Positions 1 to 10,749 of a DNA stretch of 64,000 nucleotides are shown here, one piece after another (positions within the stretch are counted from its first letter, which is position 1; each line of letters opens with the position of its first letter). Under the pieces are notes generated by a model, which worked only from the letters and a program-made list of their open reading frames with translations, did not search any database and had not been told where the DNA came from. A program made the translations under genes and the position numbers. Origin of the DNA: Octopus vulgaris (Eukaryota). The stretch spans positions 44,640,001-44,704,000 of the forward strand of contig OX597836.1 in NCBI GenBank assembly GCA_951406725.2. Direction: 5' to 3'.

Positions 1-81
1 ATTGGACTATCAAATTGTCCAATAATCCATACAAGCTCAGAGGTCAGACATTAAAGGATGATGATGATGATGATGATTTAA

Positions 82-276
82 CCCTTTAGCATTTAAAATG
101 GTCATATCAGGCCAAAATATTTCGCCTATTTTATATTCAAACTGGCCAGATTTAGCCCTTCACATCTACCCTACAGTTTCTTTCTAAAAATCTGAAATCT
201 GTAAGACAATATATGATTAATTCAAAACAATGTGGATGAGCAATACATTTGGTAGAATAATCTGAATGCTAAAGGA
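82..276. mobile_element. piggyBac-type MITE, family 1
   Basis: TTAA|CCCTTTAGC...GCTAAAGGA|TTAA; related copies near 5258-5750, 12470-12690, 16240-16444, 25660-25880, 40975-41203, 57070-57272, 63451-63671. Confidence 0.8.
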
Positions 277-310
277 TTAAATCAGACGTCTTCATCCAGT
301 TTCTTTACCC

Positions 311-619
311 GTGGAGGCACATGGCCTAGTGGTTAGAGCAGCAGACTCACAGTCGAGGGATCGCGGGTTCGAATCTCAGACCGGGCGATGTGTGTGTTTA
401 TGAGCGAAAACACCTAAGCTCCACACTGCTCCGGCAGAAGGTAATAGCAAACTTCTTCTGCTGACTCTTTCGCCACAACCTTTCTCTCACTCTTTCCTCC
501 TGCATCTTGCAGCTCACCTGCGACGGACCGGCATCCCGTCCAGGTGGGGAACCTATACGCCAAGAAACCGGGAAACCGGCCCTTATGAGCTAGGCATGGC
601 TCGAAAAGGAACAAACAAC
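311..619 (+). mobile_element. tRNA-derived SINE, family D
   Basis: A box TGGCCTAGTGG, B box GGTTCGAATC, (AAC)n tail, flanking direct repeat TTTCTTTACC. Confidence 0.85.
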
Positions 620-705
620 GATTTTCTTTACCTATGGACCCCACTTTCATTCCTGTTTCACTCAGATGGACCCTAATAACCATTGGATGTTTAAGAAATC
701 ATATT

Positions 706-1109
706 CTCTTTACTCTTTTACTTGTTTCAGTCATTTGACTGCGGCCATGCTGGAGCACCGCCTTTAGTCGAGCAAATCGACCCCGGGACTTATTCTTTGT
801 AAGCCCAGTACTTATTCTATCGGTCTCTTTTGCCGAACTGCTAAGTAACGGGGACGTAAGCACACCAGCATCAGTTGTCAAGCAATGCTAGGGGGACAAA
901 CACAGACACACAAACACACACACACATACATATATATACATATATACGACAAGATTCTTTCAGTTTCCGTCTACCAAATCCACTCACAAGGCATTGGTCG
1001 GCCCAGGGCTATAGCAGAAGACACTTGCCCAAGATGCCACGCAGTGGGACTGAACCCGCAACCATGTGGTTGGTAAACAAGCTACTTACCACACAGCCAC
1101 TCCTGCGCC
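706..1109 (-). mobile_element. tRNA-derived SINE, family A (~400 bp)
   Basis: Near-identical copies at ~18180(+), 23948(-), 29220(+), 35601(-), 41475(-), 46281(+), 50260(+), 53817(-), 58514(+, partial), 59160(+), 62524(-); tRNA-like head, internal (TA/TG)n, tail GGCGGTGCTCCAGCATGGCCGC...GTAAAAGA. Confidence 0.9.
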
Positions 1110-1313
1110 TATCTTTTAATTAAATATTATAAGGAATCATATAAAATAATTGTTAACTTATTTTGTGTATAACCAATTGATTCTACGTAGATTTTGATAA
1201 CAAAATCCCACCAAGGGCCAAGAAGAGCTCAGATGATAATCATTGGTTTAAATGAATGCCAAAGTATCTGATATTTTCAGATCGTTATACTTAATTCTTC
1301 TGTTTATTTACAG

Positions 1314-1393
1314 TTTTATCAACTGATTGAGAAAGATACACAAACAAAATTAGATATTTTATTTCGTAAGAACCTTTACAACATAGCTATCAA
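1314..1393 (+). CDS. VPS11: VPS11 internal exon (first in window; gene begins upstream)
   Basis: cag|...|gtaagt; FYQLIEKDTQTKLDILFRKNLYNIAI matches the recalled VPS11 motif EKDTQTKLEMLFKKNL; ends in phase 2, compatible with the next exon. Confidence 0.93.
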
Positions 1394-2018
1394 GTAAGTC
1401 GGATTTTGCTTTCTTTTGTAAAATTTATATTTTCTTCTTTTTATTATTAGCATGACACAGCTGTGTGTGTGTGTGTGTACACACTAGGAAGGGCATCCAG
1501 CCGTAGAAACCCTGCCAGAACAAATAATGGAGCCTGGTGCAGCTTCTGGCCTTATCAGCTCCAGTCAAACCAACCAGCCTTATGCCAGCACGAAAAACGA
1601 ATGTTAAATGATGATGATATTTAAACATTTTTTTCCCCTTAACTTAGTGGTTCAGCAAAAGAGACTAATAGAATAAGTGCCAGGCTTAACAAAAAATAAG
1701 TACTGGGATCGATTCATTCACTTAAAAGTTTTTCAAGGCGGTGCTCCAACATGGCCACAGTCTAATGACTAAGTAAAAGATAAAAAAAAATTCCTAATAG
1801 TATTTATTCTTTTACTTGTTTCAGTCATTTGACTATGGCCATGCTGGAGCACCGCCTTTAGTCGAGCAAATCGACCCCAGGACTTATTCTTTGTAAGCCT
1901 ATCATTTTATCGGTCTCTTTTGCCGAACCACTAAGTTATGGGGGCGTAAACACACCAGCATCGGTTGTCAAACGATGTTGGGGGGGACAAAGACAAACAC
2001 CCAAACATATACACATAC

Positions 2019-2385
2019 ATCATCATCATCATCATCATCATCATCGTTTAACGTCCGCTTTCCATGCTAGCATGGGTTGGACGAATTTGACTAAAGGCTG
2101 GCGAACCAGATGGCTGCACCAGGCTCCAATCTTGATCTGGCAGAGTTTCTACAGCTGGATGCCCTTCCTAACGCCAACCACTCCGAGAGTGTAGTGGGTG
2201 CTTTCTACATGCCACCGGCACGGGGGCCAGTCAGGCGGTACTGATTATGACCTCGCTCGAATCTTTTTACACGTGCCAGTGAAGCGATGTTGGTAACGAT
2301 CACGCTCGAATGGTGCCCTTTTACGTGCCATGGCATGGGGGCCAGTCAGGCGGTACTGGCAATGACCTTACTCGAATCTTTTACA
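2019..2385 (-). mobile_element. SINE-like family C with RTE-type (GAT)n tail
   Basis: Core GGTTGGCGTTAGGAAGGGCATCCAGC and tail GGACGTTAAACGATGATG; copies near 2638, 7077, 7555, 14252, 15780, 19090, 21450, 27252, 31028, 33210, 39480. Confidence 0.85.
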
Positions 2386-2460
2386 CTGGAATTCCAGTTC
2401 TGATAAAATTACATATATTTGATTATATTTCTAAACTTTTTTTTTTTCAATCTTCTGCAG

Positions 2461-2614
2461 TCTGGCAAAAAGCCAACATTATGACCAAGGTGGCTTGATA
2501 GATATCTTCACACAGTATGGAGACCATTTATACAGTAAAGGAGACCATGATGGAGCAATTGAGCAATATATTAAAACTATTGGCAAGCTGGAGGCTTCGT
2601 ATGTAATAAGAAAG
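2461..2614 (+). CDS. VPS11: VPS11 exon
   Basis: Pyrimidine tract, cag|...|gtttgt; (N)LAKSQHYDQGGLIDIFTQYGDHLYSKGDHDGAIEQYIKTIGKLEASYVIRK. Confidence 0.97.
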
Positions 2615-3548
2615 GTTTGTGGCTTTCCACTATTATCTCATCATCATCGTTTAACGTCCGTTTTCCGTGCTAGCGCAGGTTGGACGGTTCGACCGGGGTC
2701 TGGGAAGCCAGGGGCTGCACCAGGCTCCAGTCTGATCTGGCAGAGTTTCTACAGCTGGATGCCCTTCCTAACGCCAACCACTCCGCGAGTGTAGTGGGTG
2801 CTTTTTACGTGCTCATGAATGAATTATACTGTACAACACGATTTTTGCCCCTGGGTAGCAATTGTTATTCCCTATTTGCTGACCCCTAGAAAGTATGAAA
2901 AATGGTTAATATTTCCTTCAAACTTTGCTACTGTTACATTTATTCAAACCCCAAAGAATCCCTCTCAACACATGGCTATGATGCTCCCCCACTACACCAG
3001 CTCATCATCAGAGATGCACATATTGTCAGCCACTAGGGGACCTGCTCAAGTGGTTATGGTCAAGCAACTGGTCAGCAAATCTGTGGTATTGAGCAGAATA
3101 TTTTCTATAACGATATTTCTGCTTCAGCAACTCCATGCTGAATCTATCAGAAATGTAATGGAAAATAGCTCAGTTCGAAAACATTGATGTCCAGGTCACA
3201 AAAATAAAGTTTAAAAGGAACAGCAGTCATTTCCTTTGATTTCTAGATAGATGCAAATAAAACAACACTTATTGACCAAAGACACAAAAAAAAATATTTG
3301 TTATACAGTGTTATCTGCAAAGATTTCTTAATGCAATTATAAGCACCACATTAAGACTAGAATCATCAAAGGACGACATTGGCATAACGAACATATTGTT
3401 AATGGATGGGGGTTAACATTTAATGTACCGGACAAAAAGATATTTAATCGACTTTAAGTTCTACAATTTGTAAAGAAAAAAATCCAATTTATTTGGAGAT
3501 GTACTTACATAGCAAGTGACCTGATCTGAGATCGTGTGCTGGAACGAA

Positions 3549-3853
3549 AACAATTGCAGCGAGGAAGATGTTTATAAGCCATTTAAGAAACACACAAAAC
3601 CGTTAGATTCACTTCAACATTTAAGTTTAATTTTCCAAAATATTTTCGTCGCTTTGTGACTGCGACCTGTTCACTGACAAGACTTCGTGCTGACAAAAAC
3701 TTTGAGATGCAGCACGAAGTTTTGTCAGTGAACAGGTTGCGGTCTCAAAGCGCCGAAAATATTTTGGAAAATTAAATTTAAATGTCGAAGTGAATCTAAC
3801 GGTTTTTGTGTGTTTCTTAAATGGCTTATAAACACCTTCCACGCTGCAATTGT
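3549..3853. repeat. Fold-back element (~143-bp arms) with a hammerhead-like motif in each arm
   Basis: 3549-3691 is the approximate reverse complement of 3710-3853. Confidence 0.9.
3632..3680 (-). ncRNA. Minimal type-I hammerhead-like motif, G3:C8 core variant
   Basis: Minus strand: ttgtca GTGAACA G GTCGC agtcacaaa GCGAC GAAA ATAT TT tggaaa. Confidence 0.55.
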
Positions 3854-4138
3854 TCAATTTGTTTGTTATAACGATTAAGTGATCGGGGAGGGGGGAGAAA
3901 GCAAGGGAGGCAACTTCGAAATCTCTGTTAATTAAAAATTGGAAGGGAACATTGAGTAGGGAGTGAGTTTGACCTTTTGCTGTGTACATATGCTTTTTGA
4001 AACTGCTATAAAGTTTCAAATTCTTTGGGAGTTAAATTGACAAATAGAATTCAACCTTTCTTTTTGAAACCATTATGTTTATTACCTTTTTGTATTTGAT
4101 TATTTAATTATATTTTTATTTTTTTTCTTTAATTTCAG

Positions 4139-4285
4139 TTTTTGGATGCTCAAAGAATCCACAATCTTACTCGATATCTCCAAGCCTTACACAAACAGAC
4201 TCTGGCCACTGAAGAACACACCACACTTCTATTAAACTGCTACACTCGATTAAAAGATGTGTCAGAACTTGATAAATTCATTAAG
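4139..4285 (+). CDS. VPS11: VPS11 exon
   Basis: cag|...|gtaaaa; FLDAQRIHNLTRYLQALHKQTLATEEHTTLLLNCYTRLKDVSELDKFIK (clathrin-repeat region). Confidence 0.97.
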
Positions 4286-4703
4286 GTAAAATCATTAGCA
4301 AGAAGCAGAAACAGAGCTCACCTTGTTCAAATATGTCTCTAAAGTTCCTTCTAGATCAGTGCTCCACAACTGATGTGCCACAGCACACTGGTGTGCCATG
4401 AGACGAAGCTAGGTGTGCCGCAGTGGAACCTGAATATAATTTCTTTCCCTATACTTTTAGTTATGTTTTTAGTTCAGGTGTTCTACCAAATTTTGAAAAG
4501 AATTTAAGTGTACCACAAGAGAAAAAAAGGGTGTGGAGACTCTTCTACATAATTGCTTAATATGGTGGTGGTGGTGGTACTTCTGTTTCTTTTTCTTCTT
4601 CAACATGGGGTCTACCAAAGGAGCCACTAAGTTGTTGCTTAAACTGTTAGAAATAGCTACCAAATAGGTCTCATCACATACTATTATCTTAAAAAGAAGG
4701 GCA

Positions 4704-5099
4704 TCTTTATATATAAAAGTGAAGTTGTGTGTCTGTCTCCTACGATTTAGATTCCTAACTACTTCCACATTTTGTGGTGCAGTTTAACCAAAACCGGGTA
4801 TCTTATAGTCGTGATTCATATCGAGCCCTTCTGGGTATTAGCGCGTGTCTGTGATGAGTCTACGATTTAAAAAAAAATTTACCATCATTTTTTCCCATTT
4901 TTAATGCATTTTTTTTTTGCTATTATATAAGGGAAGTAACTCGCGTCTACGATGAGTCTACGATTTAAAAAAATTTACCATAATTTTTCCGCATTTTTAA
5001 TGCATTTTCGCTCGGTTTATATAAGGGAAGTAGCTCTCTATAAATGCTTATATAGTTATTTCCCTTACAAACCCGAGCAACGCCGGGCGATACTGCTAG
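4704..5099 (+). mobile_element. Non-autonomous Helitron, family 1
   Basis: 5' TC, 3' CTAG, A|T insertion site, subterminal hairpin CCCGAGCAACGCCGGG. Confidence 0.85.
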
Positions 5100-5400
5100 T
5101 ATTATGATAATGTAATCCTAGATCCACTATATCATTGCTGGAATATGTCTGGTAATAGATGTACTCAATAAGAACTGCGCTTGGTGATTCACAGAATGAG
5201 AGCTGCCCCTTGGTGATTAACTGAAGCAGAACTTGTCAAGAACTAGAACAACATTAATTAATCCTTTAGCATTTAAAGTACTCTTTCAAATATAATAATG
5301 CTTGTTTATTCCTGTTGTTTTGAATTAATCCTGCACTAATCTCATTGTTTTGGGATCTCAATGATGTGGTTGATTATTTTTAGAATGACATCATAGAGTA

Positions 5401-5658
5401 TATAAAAAAATGTTCCTTCTCAAGCCATGCCAGGCTCATAAGGGCCGGTTTCCCGGTTTCAGTGGCGGAGAAATTCCCCACCTGGACGGGACGCCAGTCT
5501 GTCGCAGGATTACTCACTTTTGCCAGCTGAGTGGACTGGAGCAACGTGAAATGAAGTGTTTTGCTCAAGAACACAACGCGTCGCCCGGTCCAGGAATCGA
5601 AACCACAACCTTACGATCATGAGTTCAACAGCCTAACCACTAAGCCACGCGCTTCCAC
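5401..5658 (-). mobile_element. tRNA-derived SINE inserted into a piggyBac MITE
   Basis: 13-bp TSD ACATCATAGAGTA at 5388-5400 and 5659-5671; A and B boxes on the minus strand; 3' part shared with family D. Confidence 0.85.
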
Positions 5659-6143
5659 ACATCATAGAGTAGGTGTGAGAGGCTAGATCTGGCTGGTTTG
5701 AACATAAAACAGGTAGAATATTTTGGCCGGCTTGAATGCTAAAGGATTAGACCTTATTCGGAATACATAGAAGATCAACTTGTCTAGAGAGAGTTTTATC
5801 TCATCTGCATGATTCCATAAAACAGAAATAAAGCCTTAGTTTAAAAGACTGATGGATCTTAAAGATACATCTACATTTGTCTATCTACAGAACATGAATG
5901 GGCAGTTTGCTTATGTAGAGTTGATCAGGAACTACAGTGACTGCTTGAGAATGTGTGGGGTTAACAGAGGTGTTAGAAATAGTAGCTGAATTTCTCTCAG
6001 GTGATACACAAACATCTTTAAAAAAGGCAGGGGAACGAATCCATTGGATAGTATAACTTTTAGACATACAAAAATATGGGATGGTCACAGGCGGAATGTC
6101 TGTTCATTGAGTTGCTCTGGAGATTATACTACTACTACTACTT

Positions 6144-6376
6144 AAGGCGGCGAGCTGGCAGAAACGTTAGCACGCCGGGCGAAATGCGTAGCCGTTTTTC
6201 GTCTGCAGTTATGTTCTGAGTTCAAATTCCGCCGAGGTCGACTTTGCCTTTCATCCTTTCAGGGTCGGTAAATTAAGTACCAGTTATGCACTGGGGTCGA
6301 TGTAATCGACTTAATCCCTTTGTCTGTCCTTGTTTGTTACTTCTGTGTTTAGCCCCTTGTGGGTAGTAAAGAAATA
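6144..6376 (+). mobile_element. SINE family B (Meta-domain-like core)
   Basis: GGCGGCGAGCTGGCAGAA...GTTCAAATTCC...GCCTTTCATCCTTTC; copies near 8015-9000 (split), 9012, 12100, 30140, 37621-38052(-), 42722(-), 53565, 57923, 60250-60660. Confidence 0.85.
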
Positions 6377-6441
6377 TATACTACTACTGCTACTACTACA
6401 AAATCAGCAATTAAATTAAAAGCTTTTCTTTTTGTTTGCAG

Positions 6442-6633
6442 ACAAAAGACAGGGAAGTTGATTTTGATGTTGAAACTGCCATCAAAGTGTGTCGACAGGC
6501 TGGCTATTATGAACATGCCTTATTTCTGGCTGATAAATACAACATCCACAAATGGTACCTGAAAATCCAATTGGAAGATATCAAAGATTTCAAGAAAGCA
6601 CTGGAGTACATTGGCAAACTTAGCTTTGCAGAG
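6442..6633 (+). CDS. VPS11: VPS11 exon
   Basis: cag|...|gtaatt; TKDREVDFDVETAIKVCRQAGYYEHALFLADKYNIHKWYLKIQLEDIKDFKKALEYIGKLSFAE. Confidence 0.97.
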
Positions 6634-8122
6634 GTAATTAAGCTGTCGTCTTTGCACCCCTTCCATTATAGCAAGACACCTGTTTCTACCTCTCTGTCTC
6701 TCTGTCACACTAACCTTTCATCCTCTGATACAAGCCCCCTTCCTCAAATGCTCCGGGCCCCTCTCATAATTCCTTATCTTGTGAGTTACTTGGTGACCCT
6801 GCCAGTGCTGGTACCAAGTAACAAGCATCCAATCCATACTAAAGTGGTTGGCATTTGGAAGAGCATCCAGCTGTAAAAACCATGCTAAAACCAACCTTGC
6901 CTGTGCTAGTGCCACATAAAAAGCACTATGCCCACCCTGCTGAGTTGTTGGTGTCATGAAGGGTATCCAGCTGTAAAAACCCTACCAAAACAGACAGGAG
7001 TCTGGGGTAGTTTTCTTCCTGGTCGGCTCCTGTCAACCGTTCTACCCATGCGTGTATGGAAGACAGATGTTAAACAATCATCATCATCATTGTTTAACGT
7101 CCGTTTTCCATGCTAGCATGGGTTGGACGGTTCAACTGGGGGTCTGTGAAGCCAGAAGGCTGCATCAGGCCCAGTCTGATCTGGCAGTGTTTCTACAGCT
7201 GGATGCCCTTCCTAATGCCAACTACTCCATGAGTGTAGTGGGTGCTTTTTACGTGCCACCTGCACAGGTGCCAGACGGAGCAGGCAAACGACCACGGACG
7301 GATGGTGCTTTTTACGTGCCACCGGCACGGGGGCCAGGCGAGGCTAGCAACGACCACGAACGGATGGTGCTTTTACGTGCCACCGGCACGGAGGCCAGTC
7401 GGGGCGGCGCTGGCAACGGCCACGATCGGATGGTTCACTTACTTGTCACTGGCACTGGTACCACAGCTGCAATTTCCAATGATGATGATAAATCTTGTCT
7501 CCTTTCATCTTCAGTGAATTAACCATTAGTATTATTATTTAATATAAGTTAGTAATCATCATCATCATCGTTTAATGTCTGCTTTCCATGCTGGCATGGG
7601 TTGGAAAGTTCAACCGGGGTCTGAGAAGCCAGGAGGCTGCACCAGGCCCAGTCTGATCTGGCAGTGTTTCTACAGCTGGATGTCCTTCCTAACGCCAACC
7701 ACTCCATGAGTGTAGTGGGTGCATTTTACGTGCCACTGGCCAAAATCGGTTGGTGCTTATTATTAATGATTATAATTAATATTATTAATAAACTAGATTT
7801 GTCTTTATATCTTTTCCCTGTTCAAGATCTTTTCCCCTATCTCCTGGATTTCTTCTTCAACCTCATTTTTGGTTTTCATTCTAGTGGCTTATCTCAAACA
7901 GAGCCAAGCCAACAATGCAAGGAATCGATGAAATTTTTACTACTACTTTCCTACAACTTGTAGCTCTGTACTGATGTGAGAGATCATTATCATCATCATC
8001 ATTGTTATTAAGACATTGAGCTGGCAGAATCGTTAGCACGCCAGACAAAATGCTTAGCAGCATTTCATCCATCTTTACGTTCTGAGTTCAAATGCTACTG
8101 GGGTCGACTTTGCCTTTCGTCC

Positions 8123-8887
8123 TATGGCGGTTTGTTATGCTACCTTAAGCTTTCTCTTACGTTATATTATTTTATTTGGCTTTTTTCTGAGTAAGGAGGA
8201 ATATAATGATCAAACGTCACTTATACTTAAGTGTTATCATTATACCTAAAACCCTAACTACAGTATATAATGTCATAGAGACATATACACATGAAACGCT
8301 ATGAATATTAACGACATGTATGTTGAATATTTTCTTCGTGTCCTTTCAACTGCTATAAGAAAATATAATTTAATCATTACAGAAATGCATATTTATTTAT
8401 ACTCAGTTGAAAAAAAGAAATGTGAAGAGAAACATTTTCTTAATTATTTTTATTATATAAATATAACATTTTATATTATTTACAGTAGGAAAGAAAGATA
8501 ATGTTGTCGTGTAGAAGAACGACTATAAATTCATTAACTAATTCTTAATTCTAACTAATACATTAATCAACAAATCAAAATAGACTTGTGATTAACTTTA
8601 GACATGGCATGAAATATACCGATGTCTCCAAAAGAGTGAGTGTCGTGGAGTTCAGTGACATCCAACAAACACTGAAGTTTTTCCCAAAATCCAGGGTTTT
8701 TATAACTGCTCAACTTAAAAGAATCGAAATCCATTACAAATATTCTTTACGAAACTTTTAGAATCTTATGAGCAGTTATATTAACCAATGGAAAAAAACG
8801 AAAATAATAATTCTTCGCCAATATGACATTACGTCATATTGCCAATTCGCGCCATATTTCAAAATGGCTAAAATGGTTATTGCTACA
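8123..8887. mobile_element. ~765-bp insertion splitting a family B SINE (solo-LTR-like or Ginger-like)
   Basis: GTCC(T) duplicated at 8119 and 8888; right end ...ATTGCTACA; SINE halves rejoin exactly when it is removed. Confidence 0.6.
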
Positions 8888-9404
8888 GTCCTTTCAGGCT
8901 CAATAAATTAAGTACCAGTTACGCACTGGGGTCGATGTAATCGACTGGTCCCCACCTCAAAAATGTCAGGCCTTGTGCCTATAGTAGACAGGATTATTAT
9001 TATTATTATTAAGAAGGCAAGCTGGCAAGTCATTTAGCGAACCAGGGAGAATACTAAGCAGCATTTCATCTGTCTTTACACTCTGAGTTCAAATTCTGCT
9101 AGGGTCGACTTTACCTTTCATCCTACCGGGGTCCATGAAATAAGGACCTGTTGAACACTGGGGTTGATGTAATTGACTAGCCTCCTCTCCAAAATTTCAA
9201 ACCTTCTGCCTATAGCAGAAAGGATTATTATTATTATCATTTTTAAAGCAGCATACTGGACAAGATGCTTAGTGGAATTTCTTCTGGCTTTAGGTTCTAA
9301 GTTCAAATTCTACCAAGGTCAACTTCTCCTTCATTCTTTCAGGATTGGTAAAATAAGTACCAGTTGAGTACTGAGGTCAATGTAATCAACTAGCTCTCTC
9401 TCTC

Positions 9405-9724
9405 TCTCTCACTCACCACTCACTCCTCACTCACTCACTCTTCACTCACTCACTCCTCACTCACTCATTCCTCACTCACTCACTCACTCCTCACTCACTC
9501 ACTCACTCACTCCTCACTCACTCCTCCCTCACTCACTCACTCCTCACTCACTTTTCACTCACTCACTCACTCCTCACTCACTCACTCCTCACTCACTCAC
9601 TCCTCACTCACTCCTCACTCACTCACCCCTCACTCACTCACCACTCACTCACTCCTCACTCACTCACTCACCACTCACTCACTCACTCACTCACTCACTC
9701 CTCACTCACTCACCACTCACTCAC
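9405..9724. repeat. (TCAC)n compound microsatellite, ~320 bp
   Basis: TCAC/CTC units read directly; ends ~36 nt before the acceptor of the exon at 9761. Confidence 0.97.
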
Positions 9725-9760
9725 TGTATCTACAGCAGAAAGAATTATTTGTTATTTTAG

Positions 9761-9866
9761 GCTGAAGAAAACATGAAAAAATATGGTAAAACCCTAATGA
9801 GAGAAGTGCCACAACCCACCACAGAAGTACTGAAGCAGCTCTGTACAGATTATCGTCCTTCTGATC
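9761..9866 (+). CDS. VPS11: VPS11 exon
   Basis: tag|...|gtaagt; AEENMKKYGKTLMREVPQPTTEVLKQLCTDYRPSD. Confidence 0.95.
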
Positions 9867-9970
9867 GTAAGTTCCATTAATCCTATCGTTATAATTACTG
9901 TTGGCTATCTTATAAGATTTCTAGACACAGAACCACCATCTCTTTTCTACTGTTATTGCTTGCTTGATAA

Positions 9971-10491
9971 TCTCTCTATATATAAACAGCAAAATGTCTG
10001 TGTGTGTGTCCTTTATACAAATCCACAGTTTTTCAGTTAAGAGGGCTCGCACTTTCTATGGTCATTTAAAACCGTCCAAGGGTGGTCGTGCACATCTTTA
10101 CATTTCCCCAGTCACCCCACAAATCTCTATATATATAAACGGCAAAATGTCTGTGTGTGTCTCCTTTATACAAATCCACAATTTTTCAGTTAGGGGGCTC
10201 ACACTTTCTATGGTCATTTAAAACCGTCCAAGGGTGGTCATGCACATCTTTACATTTCCCCAGTCGCCCCGCAAAGCCATTTAAAAGAAATCAATAGCAG
10301 TGACTTTTTTGTGAATTTTCTATCCAACACCCAATCAAAATGCAGCGAAACTTGATACACCAATTGAATGCCAGCTAGCTGTATTTGGTTGGTCGCAGAT
10401 TTGGACAGTACTCATGTATAAGTGCGCACGCACGCAGCTGTATATGCATGCACTAGCACTATGACCTGGCGTTGCCGGGTCATAGTGCTAG
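9971..10491 (+). mobile_element. Non-autonomous Helitron, family 2, with duplicated 5' end
   Basis: TC start (repeated at 10124), CTAG|T end, terminal palindrome; second copy at 43589-43932 (-). Confidence 0.8.
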
Positions 10492-10749
10492 TCATTTTAC
10501 TATTTACCTTCTTGTGGTGTGAGATAGGATGAAGGTCCTTTCTCAAGATAACATGACAAATGTATGTTCATAAACAGCACTCTCACAACACACACACACA
10601 CACATTTTATTTATTTATTTATTTATTTATTAGGCTGACAAAAGGGGAATATTCCAATGACTTGCAGGATCTTTCAGACTGTTAGGGTCAATGGCGGGTT
10701 GATTTTTTTTTTTTTTTCCTCTGTTTTGCTGCTCTTGCAGATTGCCACA

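Noticed and set aside
311-385. Functional tRNA genes here and at 23112, 29734 and 62268
   Set aside because: Each continues into a repeat body or tail, some have TSDs, and the stems or anticodon loops are defective; treated as tRNA-derived heads
875-1123. Recurrent ORFs such as MSSNARGTNTDTQ..., MLGGQTQTH..., FLQLDALPNANHS...
   Set aside because: Chance frames in high-copy SINE families A and C, not a gene family
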